Part shown: positions 55,830 through 64,000 of the stretch, in pieces
Position numbering within the stretch: the stretch's first letter is position 1
Layout of the letters: the number at the start of each line of letters is the position of its first letter
Origin: Sporopachydermia quercuum
Lineage: Eukaryota
DNA length: 64,000 nt
NCBI GenBank assembly: GCA_001599295.1
Contig: BCGN01000001.1
Span: forward strand, 248,001 to 312,000
Direction of reading: 5' to 3'
Position numbers and translations under genes: made by a program
The notes under the pieces: generated by a model
What the model saw: the letters and a program-made list of their open reading frames with translations, nothing else
Database searches by the model: none
Told to the model about the DNA's origin: nothing

Positions 55830-58800
55830 ATGAACTCTGATTATCCACATTTGAATGCTCTCATGACAGATTCTACAGGAGGGACTTCCGATAATGTTGT
55901 TGGTGCAATTACTATGGATAAGGGGTTTGAGCCGGAAGTCATTTCTGATTCCGACACGGGGTCAAGCGATGAACTAGGTGTGAATGACTTGAACTTGAAA
56001 ACGTTGTTAGTGAATGAAGGAATAGTTGGCGAAGAAATTACCAATGCTGTGGAGGAAATAGAGAAACAAGCACGAGGAAAAGGGTTTAATAACGTTTTGA
56101 ATGTTTTTGACCGAGTGGTAAAAAGGTTTAAAAATGGCAAAGGAAAGGATCGAGGAGAGAATGAAACCAACAGATATGACAGTGATCATAAAGATAATAG
56201 CCCTGCCACTGCAATGAATGGAAACGATAGCTCTTTTGTTGTGACAAATTCGTCTGTTACAATGAATAGAAGCCTGTTATTGTTGTTGAAATCACGCTCA
56301 AACGGTTTAGGGTATGAACCTGAAGAGCTGTTGGAAGATTGGAATAATAGTTCCAATGTCGACTTTATTGATAAGAACGTATCCCCAAGTGCTATATATC
56401 CTATTTCTAATACGCCTGATATTTTATTTGAGCATAATTCTATAAACCATACCAACGTCTCTACTCCTTTCGACACTTCAAATGGTGGGACTGTTGTTGA
56501 TCAAATCGAAGGTTCAGATTCTGAATTAGAGGATATTTTTAAGGTGGATTCAAGTGCTCTTTCAAGTCTTCCTAGCCAAGATTTCTCAATGAATTTCTCC
56601 CAATTACTAGAAGATTCCAATAGGCCTTTAGAAGATATCATTAAGAGGACTCATAAATTGCCGAAGTCAACAAATGATATAACTACCGTAATTAGTAATG
56701 ATACCACGTCACCTGAACATCCTCTCGCTGCTTCTATTGCTTCTCCTAATTCTCTTTCGATTCCTCTTCCAATATCATTATCTAACTATGAATCAATCAA
56801 TGGTAGGTATCAGCTAAGAAAAAGGACTCAGACGCAACTACAGCCTTATACTGCAGATAAAATTATGTATAAAAAGCTAACCGAGAAAATGAAAAAGAAA
56901 GGTAACAGTGGACGGATTTCAATCGATAATTCCACCAAAAATAGACATTCTGGCAAACATGATACTAGTGCCACTAACAACACATCTGATCTTAGCGATC
57001 TTGATATTGATTATACGGCTCAAGTGACTGATAACGAAGATGAAGAATATGAAGATGAGAATGAAGTAGATTTTGCTACCGAGAGTTTGAATCATATCCG
57101 GTCCTTGCCTGACAGTATGCCTGATAGTTTACCTAAAACGACAACTGCCCTTGTCTCTTTGTCAGATACTGATGATTCAAGTGATGAGTTGAGACCTTCT
57201 AATGTAACGAGAAGAAGATTAAAAAAGAGAAGAGAGTTGCTAGACAGTTACTCCGCTAACAGAATTAAGAGTAAGAAAAGAACAGTGAACTCTTCTGCGA
57301 GTATAATGAATCGCACCAGTAATAATAATGAGAATAGCAATACTAATAATATAGCTGATACGAGAATCTCAAACTCTGACTCAAATTCTGAATCTTCATC
57401 TTCATTCTCGTCATCATCGTCTTCTAGTTCAAGTACTACCTCTGATTCTATTCCTTTGCCAAATATAAGGGGGGTTCTTCCAAAGTCATTTTTCAAAGTT
57501 AATCAACTTGAAATGATTAATAGAAACAATAACAGCAAAAGAAAGAAGGATAACGCAATCGTATATAAAAAAGGATTAGCTATAAGGAAAAGAAGAAAGC
57601 CATTGAATAGTATCAATAGTGCCAATGAATTGAGAGAAATGATTGTTGATTCGTCAGAAGAAGACGAGCAAGGAGAAAACGACAAAGGAAGGAGTGGTGA
57701 CGAAGAAATACAAGACCTTTTTAACCACCAGAGGGAATTAATTGAAGCAGAGCTTGAAAAGGCAAATCTGGATTTATTAGAATGGTTCACTGAAAGTGAA
57801 AATGAAAGCAGTCTTAGTAGAAGGAATAGTATCAATAGTATCAGCAGTGATGAATGTATTATTTTTTTGACGGATACTAATAAGACTTATACTACTAAAA
57901 AGCATAGAACAAGAAATCAGCAAAGATTTCATAGGAGTACTTCTCCTATCAGCGACACTCGACATATTTCAACTGTAGCAGCGAGAACGCAAAGAACTGT
58001 ATCCTCACCAAATTCACCTTTTTCTCGGCATGATGATGATCCTTTTGCTGAAGCAAGAGAAGTAAGAAACCATATTGATTATATTCTTTCAACGGAAAAC
58101 AAACGAAAGGGAAACAGAAGTAGAAATAGAGACAGCGGTAGCAAAGATAATTCAACCAGAAGTAAAAGCAATGGAAATACTTCCGGCTTAGTTACAAATA
58201 CCCGGGTTAAGCAGTACAAGTCCAAAAATCCTAAAAGTACACTTGTTATTTCTACAGAGGAGTATGGTTGCAACACCACTAGAAGCAACAGAAACTACAG
58301 CAGAAATGCCAGAAATAGCATTAACAACAATAGAAATAATCCAAGGAGAAAATCAAAATCCTTGTCAAAGAAAGGCTCTGCTAGAAAATTTATAATACCT
58401 GAGTATCACCCAATATCAATGGCTTATGATATTAATCTCAGCGACGAAAATGAAAATGCCCAAGAGAAAAATACCTTGAACATTAAAACTAATACTAGCA
58501 GCAGATATAATAGAAGTATTAGTAGAATAAGGCCAGGAATTTATAATAATAGTAACAGAAGGAGTACTAATAGCCATAATGTTACTAGTTCACCTATTAG
58601 CTCAAAAAAGAAATCCAAAACTGTTATCAATTTTTTCAAAAAAAAGAACCCTTACAGGAATTATCTGTCAAGTCATAATATTATTGATATCAGACAAGGA
58701 GGAATTCCAATTGATAAAAGTAAAACATTCTCAACTACCATTGAAGCTCCTAGTGGGAAATATACTATAAGAGGTGAAAAATATAAGCAAAAATATAGGA

Positions 58801-61800
58801 GTAAGTATACTGGTGAATTAGATGATGCTGATATGAATATTGCTAATGATATTACTGGTAGCGTCGAAGCTACTAACGACCATGGTACTGTTGGCATATC
58901 TAAGAATTATAATCAAGGAGTCATTGATAATTATTTCGATCAGCAAGGGCTTCTTAATGGGATGAGTCATTTACAAGCAGAAGCAGAAGCAGAGGATGAG
59001 TTAGCAATAGGATTAAATCATGAAAATGATCATGGGTATGAGTATTATCATGATACTGATTTCAATATCAGTATCAAACATAAAAACCATCCGATTGAGA
59101 TGTCAGAAAGTTGGATAAATAAATCATCTTCTACTCCTTCTACTTCGAGTATAAAAATAATTGCTAAAGCGAAAGAGTTATGTCAACAGGAATATCTTCA
59201 ATCCAACCTAGAAACCACTACTAAATATTTCAATCATTCAAACTTCATTTTGTTTCTATTCAATCAGCCTTGGAATAAAGAAGTTCCAAATGATTATAGA
59301 CCAAATGAGGTCTTGAAACAGATCGAGCTTTTATTTGAAAGTCTAGATTGGAAGTTTTCATCTAGCATTGAAGAATTGGTTGATTTGGTTACTAATTGGT
59401 TGAAACATGAGGAAATGGGAAAAATTACGGTCAGTAGAGGTAATGGCAGAAGTAATAGTGATGTTAATACGAATGACAATGATACTAATGCTATTATTGT
59501 CAATTTGGATGATGATGATGATGATAATATTGACAATCATACTGATAAAACAGTAACCGCTGCTGCTCATATTGGCCCTTCGTTGAGTGTCTATAAATCA
59601 ATTGGTCTGATTCTAAGACTCTTATCATTATACTCGTATTCCTTAGCACAAGAACAGTCAATTGATCATGAAACAATAATCGAGAAATCAATTGATTTAT
59701 TGCTATTGGTGTTTGAGTTCTATAACAAGGCAGAAGAAGGAAATAACATAAAAGATGATGGCAATAGTAAGAATGGCAACGATATCAATGGTACTAGTGA
59801 AACTGTCTATCATGATGATGAGAGCGATAGTTCAAGAGTTAATTACAATCCTCCGACTAATAGTGCTCATCCGGCTTCACTACTTAATTGCAAAGCTTTA
59901 ATTATGATGCAAATATGCTGTTATAGTTTATTATGTTATTATAATAGCAGCAAGCAGATATCGGCTACAAGGATGAATATTTTGAAGGAAACAAAAATTG
60001 ATTTGGATTACATTGAATGCAATACCTTCTACAACAATAATCCAAATTGGGAAATCACGATTGCAAAAATGTTTATAAAGAATTTCGCAAAAATGTCTGT
60101 TATTGATCTTTGTGACATTAATGACATGAATGGTAATAATGCTCCAATTATTGCAAATAGTTTATTGAATGATGCGTTTGAATTATTGTATATTTTTAGA
60201 GCAATAATTGATAACAATAATAGTAATGGCTTGAACTATATTGATAAGTATAGTTCTAACAATAATAACGTTGAAACGAATGGTGATAATTCTAGCAATA
60301 CTTACATTGTTACTACAAATACTACAATTCATGCTAACAATGGTTCTTCTACTGTTCCTCCTAATTCAACTACCACTACAACTGCGTATTGGCAGGTAGT
60401 TAATGAAGCAGCAGAGGAGGAACTATATTGCTTGAGGAATGATAGCTCAAATAGTAATGATACAGCTTCATCTAAGGGTTCTGCTAATGTGTATTTAATT
60501 AATCTTTGGAACTGGATTTATCTGTTTTCCATAGGTTACAAGTTAAAAAACTGTCTGGCAATTCCTTCTAACTGGTTAATGGTTAACAAGATATTGATTG
60601 AATATCTCAATACTAACAGTAATAATAGTATTGTTTCTCCGAAAACTACATATAAACAAATTCTTGAACTAATGATCAATTGGCAATGGAAATCAAGTAT
60701 TTGGATTATCACAACTGCATATCATTTAATTGCAGATAAGTACAAATTCAATGATCCTGAAGCAAAAGTTAACTCTTGCAATAAACTACTGAAACGACAA
60801 GAATATTGCTGTGATTTATTACTGCAGGGATTACCATTGTCGGAAACAAGCTCTAATCCTGGAAATAATGTTATAGGGCATTACGATAGAGTCGTCCCTA
60901 ATGGTGATTCTCATTCTTTAGTTCAGCAAATCAAACAAGAATTAACATTGAATGATTCTTGCTTTATTTTGCTGGTGAAAATGATAGTTTATGCGATTAA
61001 TGATGATAGTTTCAATAATAACGACAAGGAACGACTATTGGAACTAATTAGGCCCATCAGTAGTATTAGCGTCCGCCAGTATCAGGATAAGAATAAGCAA
61101 TGTAACGTTACCAGTAATAATAAAAAGAAGAATGCTAAGATGTCCAATATTCTTACTCCAATTATTAATAGAAGTATCATATTACTGTTAATCACAAGAT
61201 ATTCGAGGATTGATAAAGATTTGATTAACGACTTTATTGCATTGATTAGTTTTTGTTTTGATGAAAATATGAAAAAGAAATTCTTGTCATTCAGTTTGAG
61301 TATTTTCTCATTTTTATTGCAGTATGAGACTTTTGTTCAGCTAGCTACGGTTGGCATAGGTGCTGGTGTAAACGCTGATAGAAGAGCCAATTCTACTGCA
61401 AATACTCTTACAGGAAATTTTGGTGAGGGTGCTCCAATTGCTGTTAGCACCATTACTGCTAGAGGGACTACAGGCACTACTACAGAACCTGGTACAGGTG
61501 CTGGTGTAGGGGCCCTAACTTCTAGTACAGGTCCTTCCACAGCAAACTCTGCGGCAAATTGTACGAGTACTGAAAGAGTTAACAATGCAAAANTCAATTT
61601 GATATTCAAAATTCCCCTGTTTTTGTTATCAAAAATTATTAATTCTACTTCCACAGAAAATGGCTCAGCGTCAAATATGGAGACCCATACTGGTACAGGG
61701 TTACCACCTTCTATTACACCATCTACTAAAGAGAACCCAACTGCTCTTCCAATGCCTTCTTCCTATTCAGAGCTGATCGAAAATTACTGGGAAACCTGCT

Positions 61801-64000
61801 TAAGCAACGAGATGAAGTCAACAGTTTTCGCTGATAATTTGTTGACCATTTTAATATCAACAGGAATGTTGAAATTTAACTGGAGTAAGCAATCAGAACA
61901 GTCTTTTTTCAGTCACATTGAGTTTATTATACAACTAGTCAATCAACTAGGAAAAACCACTGGATTCGGTAAAAGTCGTGCCTCCACGAATTCAACTGTC
62001 TCAATGCTTGTTCGTCCACCACTTAGCACAGCATTGAAAATCAAGGAAACTGTTCTACCATGGATAGAAGAATTAATGTATACTTCGCTCTCAAGCAAAC
62101 CAGCTTCTGCTGCTTCTAATCTACCGGGCTTCTCTTCCTTGTCAATAGTTTGTCTATGGACCCATATCACAGGATTACTGTCAAATTTCTCTTTGACTAA
62201 CTGGCCAAATGTTCAGTTTAACTTACAATTCAAATTATCGTCATCAACGCTTGTTGCCAACGAGCTTCTTATTTACTCAAATATTCTCTCATATTGGGCT
62301 TCTAATAATCAACAGTACTACTATTCAATTGATTCCAGTGATTATATTCTACTATTATTCAAGCATTTACTTGATAATAATAGTAAGCATTTGCATAGCT
62401 ATTTGATTTCTTTGCAGGCAATTGATCCTAGTAATTTAATTTTAACAGGATTAGGCCTTGGGATAGGGAACACTATAGGAGGAACAGGGTCTCTTAGCAA
62501 TGATCTCTCTTACAAAATGTTTAAGAGCAAAAGAAAGAAGATAGTATTGAAGATAGTATTCAACATTGCCAGAATTAGTCATAGAAGGGAAGAACAAGAA
62601 TATGACAGAGCAAATAATGAGAATAGCGATAGCGATAGCAACAATAATATCAATGAGAAGTATAATCGATATCTGGTGAAATATATAAAGGAGCTGCTAA
62701 AAGTGATCAATCATCATATTGTTATTAGCAATGGTAATGAAGTGATAGTCGAATTAAGAAAAGAGGTAACTGAAATTTTAAGTAATGGATGTGATGAATG
62801 GGTTAAAAAAGAGATTGAGGATATTCAACAGGGATCTTCTTTGCCGTTATATGAAAAATGGAGAAAGTGGGTTAGAAACAGTAATGAGAAGGCTGTTATT
62901 GCAAATGGATTTGAAGATAGAAGCAATGGGATTACTAATTCCAACAGAGATAGTACTAGGGATGATGGTCCTGTTGATACTATCAATAATGATAACTTCC
63001 AAGTACGTTCTGCCAGTAGCGATACTGTTTCTGTCGATCNTGCGAGCGAAAGGGCTAGTGTTAGTCATATCAACCGTGCTATCAATAGCACTGACCATAA
63101 CAATGAGAGCATTGCCAGAAAGATTAGATCATCTATTACTTCTCCTTTTCCTATTTATGTCTTTCAATTATACAATTTTATTATTGAAACAATAATAATA
63201 TATGAATCAAGCACCAATACAAACAATAAGATAAAGAACAACAGAACTTCAATTATTGATACGTTAATTAGTACAGTAATTGAAGCTATTCAATTATTGC
63301 ATAACGAAAACATCTATTCTCCAATTGCAATACTTAATCCACTAATTATTACAGCAAAATTAGTAATAACGAGAATATTCAAGCAACATAAGAATTTGAG
63401 CAGAATCTCAAATAAAAACAATTCTGACGGCAATAATTACAGTAATCATAACGGTAACAGGAATGACAGAGCCAATAAGAATAGACCAGAAAATTCAATC
63501 GATTGGTTAATTATATGTGTCTTACTGGGCAGTTTTAAAGAGCTACTTACTGGAGAAATTCTGAGGGTAAATGATGAATTGATATTGGTGGTCAATGATA
63601 TGATAGATGTTGGGTCATTGTTAGTTGAACATTTCGATAGTACTGGTGGTCTGGATAATAATAGTACTAACAGTATTAACATTAATGGCGTTGGTGTTGG
63701 GATGACTGCTTTTGGGAGCAATATTCCTTCAGATGACCCACTGGCTGCTGAAACAAATAATCACAATCTGAAAGTAATCACGATTGGCCATTTTTACAAC
63801 ACCATCAACACTTTTATTCATTTTCTGTCCAGCAATCAGAAGAAAGAGTTCGTTTCAAGGCACCAATATCTATTGGTACAAGCGGAGAAATTGTGTCTTT
63901 TGTATGAACATAAACCTTGGTATTTTGATATTTCCACGTTTAACATGGTTATGACTGTTGATAAAGCTGGAGTGGTGACTCCTAATACTACAAATACTAG
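55830..64000 (+). CDS. MMS22: Mms22/Mus7 replication-fork repair protein (3'-truncated by window, more than 2720 codons)
   Basis: ATG at 55830; frame still open at the window end, which explains its absence from the ORF track (spot-checked, not every codon read). Motifs EVISDSD, RYQLRKRTQTQLQPY (~56805-56849), IRGVLPKSF (~57465-57491). Divergent from BUD6 as in S. cerevisiae. Confidence 0.85.
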   Translation, partial: MNSDYPHLNALMTDSTGGTSDNVVGAITMDKGFEPEVISDSDTGSSDELGVNDLNLKTLLVNEGIVGEEITNAVEEIEKQARGKGFNNVLNVFDRVVKRFKNGKGKDRGENETNRYDSDHKDNSPATAMNGNDSSFVVTNSSVTMNRSLLLLLKSRSNGLGYEPEELLEDWNNSSNVDFIDKNVSPSAIYPISNTPDILFEHNSINHTNVSTPFDTSNGGTVVDQIEGSDSELEDIFKVDSSALSSLPSQDFSMNFSQLLEDSNRPLEDIIKRTHKLPKSTNDITTVISNDTTSPEHPLAASIASPNSLSIPLPISLSNYESINGRYQLRKRTQTQLQPYTADKIMYKKLTEKMKKKGNSGRISIDNSTKNRHSGKHDTSATNNTSDLSDLDIDYTAQVTDNEDEEYEDENEVDFATESLNHIRSLPDSMPDSLPKTTTALVSLSDTDDSSDELRPSNVTRRRLKKRRELLDSYSANRIKSKKRTVNSSASIMNRTSNNNENSNTNNIADTRISNSDSNSESSSSFSSSSSSSSSTTSDSIPLPNIRGVLPKSFFKVNQLEMINRNNNSKRKKDNAIVYKKGLAIRKRRKPLNSINSANELREMIVDSSEEDEQGENDKGRSGDEEIQDLFNHQRELIEAELEKANLDLLEWFTESENESSLSRRNSINSISSDECIIFLTDTNKTYTTKKHRTRNQQRFHRSTSPISDTRHISTVAARTQRTVSSPNSPFSRHDDDPFAEAREVRNHIDYILSTENKRKGNRSRNRDSGSKDNSTRSKSNGNTSGLVTNTRVKQYKSKNPKSTLVISTEEYGCNTTRSNRNYSRNARNSINNNRNNPRRKSKSLSKKGSARKFIIPEYHPISMAYDINLSDENENAQEKNTLNIKTNTSSRYNRSISRIRPGIYNNSNRRSTNSHNVTSSPISSKKKSKTVINFFKKKNPYRNYLSSHNIIDIRQGGIPIDKSKTFSTTIEAPSGKYTIRGEKYKQKYRSKYTGELDDADMNIANDITGSVEATNDHGTVGISKNYNQGVIDNYFDQQGLLNGMSHLQAEAEAEDELAIGLNHENDHGYEYYHDTDFNISIKHKNHPIEMSESWINKSSSTPSTSSIKIIAKAKELCQQEYLQSNLETTTKYFNHSNFILFLFNQPWNKEVPNDYRPNEVLKQIELLFESLDWKFSSSIEELVDLVTNWLKHEEMGKITVSRGNGRSNSDVNTNDNDTNAIIVNLDDDDDDNIDNHTDKTVTAAAHIGPSLSVYKSIGLILRLLSLYSYSLAQEQSIDHETIIEKSIDLLLLVFEFYNKAEEGNNIKDDGNSKNGNDINGTSETVYHDDESDSSRVNYNPPTNSAHPASLLNCKALIMMQICCYSLLCYYNSSKQISATRMNILKETKIDLDYIECNTFYNNNPNWEITIAKMFIKNFAKMSVIDLCDINDMNGNNAPIIANSLLNDAFELLYIFRAIIDNNNSNGLNYIDKYSSNNNNVETNGDNSSNTYIVTTNTTIHANNGSSTVPPNSTTTTTAYWQVVNEAAEEELYCLRNDSSNSNDTASSKGSANVYLINLWNWIYLFSIGYKLKNCLAIPSNWLMVNKILIEYLNTNSNNSIVSPKTTYKQILELMINWQWKSSIWIITTAYHLIADKYKFNDPEAKVNSCNKLLKRQEYCCDLLLQGLPLSETSSNPGNNVIGHYDRVVPNGDSHSLVQQIKQELTLNDSCFILLVKMIVYAINDDSFNNNDKERLLELIRPISSISVRQYQDKNKQCNVTSNNKKKNAKMSNILTPIINRSIILLLITRYSRIDKDLINDFIALISFCFDENMKKKFLSFSLSIFSFLLQYETFVQLATVGIGAGVNADRRANSTANTLTGNFGEGAPIAVSTITARGTTGTTTEPGTGAGVGALTSSTGPSTANSAANCTSTERVNNAKXNLIFKIPLFLLSKIINSTSTENGSASNMETHTGTGLPPSITPSTKENPTALPMPSSYSELIENYWETCLSNEMKSTVFADNLLTILISTGMLKFNWSKQSEQSFFSHIEFIIQLVNQLGKTTGFGKSRASTNSTVSMLVRPPLSTALKIKETVLPWIEELMYTSLSSKPASAASNLPGFSSLSIVCLWTHITGLLSNFSLTNWPNVQFNLQFKLSSSTLVANELLIYSNILSYWASNNQQYYYSIDSSDYILLLFKHLLDNNSKHLHSYLISLQAIDPSNLILTGLGLGIGNTIGGTGSLSNDLSYKMFKSKRKKIVLKIVFNIARISHRREEQEYDRANNENSDSDSNNNINEKYNRYLVKYIKELLKVINHHIVISNGNEVIVELRKEVTEILSNGCDEWVKKEIEDIQQGSSLPLYEKWRKWVRNSNEKAVIANGFEDRSNGITNSNRDSTRDDGPVDTINNDNFQVRSASSDTVSVDXASERASVSHINRAINSTDHNNESIARKIRSSITSPFPIYVFQLYNFIIETIIIYESSTNTNNKIKNNRTSIIDTLISTVIEAIQLLHNENIYSPIAILNPLIITAKLVITRIFKQHKNLSRISNKNNSDGNNYSNHNGNRNDRANKNRPENSIDWLIICVLLGSFKELLTGEILRVNDELILVVNDMIDVGSLLVEHFDSTGGLDNNSTNSININGVGVGMTAFGSNIPSDDPLAAETNNHNLKVITIGHFYNTINTFIHFLSSNQKKEFVSRHQYLLVQAEKLCLLYEHKPWYFDISTFNMVMTVDKAGVVTPNTTNT

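Noticed and set aside
55841..63721. Many short ORFs listed across the right end
   Set aside because: Antisense or off-frame shadows of the single long MMS22 frame.
1..64000. tRNA, rRNA, spliceosomal snRNA, CRISPR arrays
   Set aside because: No cloverleaf with A/B boxes, no U1/U2/U4/U5/U6 signature and no repeat-spacer array found by eye; a covariance-model scan would be needed to exclude them fully.

Overview
Eukaryotic DNA from an AT-rich budding yeast (Saccharomycotina). It is probably an early-diverging, intron-rich lineage: introns are GTAAGT/GTATGT...TACTAAC...YAG, and CTG falls at Leu/Met-type positions, consistent with the standard code. There are about 17 well-supported protein genes plus a few weak ORFs. 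Seven are spliced and were rebuilt by hand, and MMS22 is missing from the ORF track because it runs off the window end. Two gene blocks match S. cerevisiae neighbourhoods: PRP24/NUP188/PPA2/RSN1/SAP30, and NKP2-TAD3-EST2-BUD6-MMS22 with identical order and orientation. EST2 is a complete 5-exon telomerase reverse transcriptase of about 947 aa. The most striking unexplained signal is a ~1.1 kb ORF-free interval between PPA2 and RSN1 (about 16990-18115). It holds many nested helices with G-U pairs favouring the + strand, a C/A-rich single-stranded tract, a U-rich/A-rich pseudoknot candidate and an Sm-like site. It looks like a large structured ncRNA, and my leading but unproven hypothesis is telomerase RNA, about 30 kb from TERT. 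Also notable: a Myb/SANT-like protein resembling PIF/Harbinger ORF1 proteins, an Mms22 of more than 2700 aa, and ancestral-type splicing factors (HAT-repeat Prp24, WD40-cyclophilin). No tRNA, rRNA, CRISPR or intact transposon was seen. All family calls come from motif recognition by eye; no searches were run.
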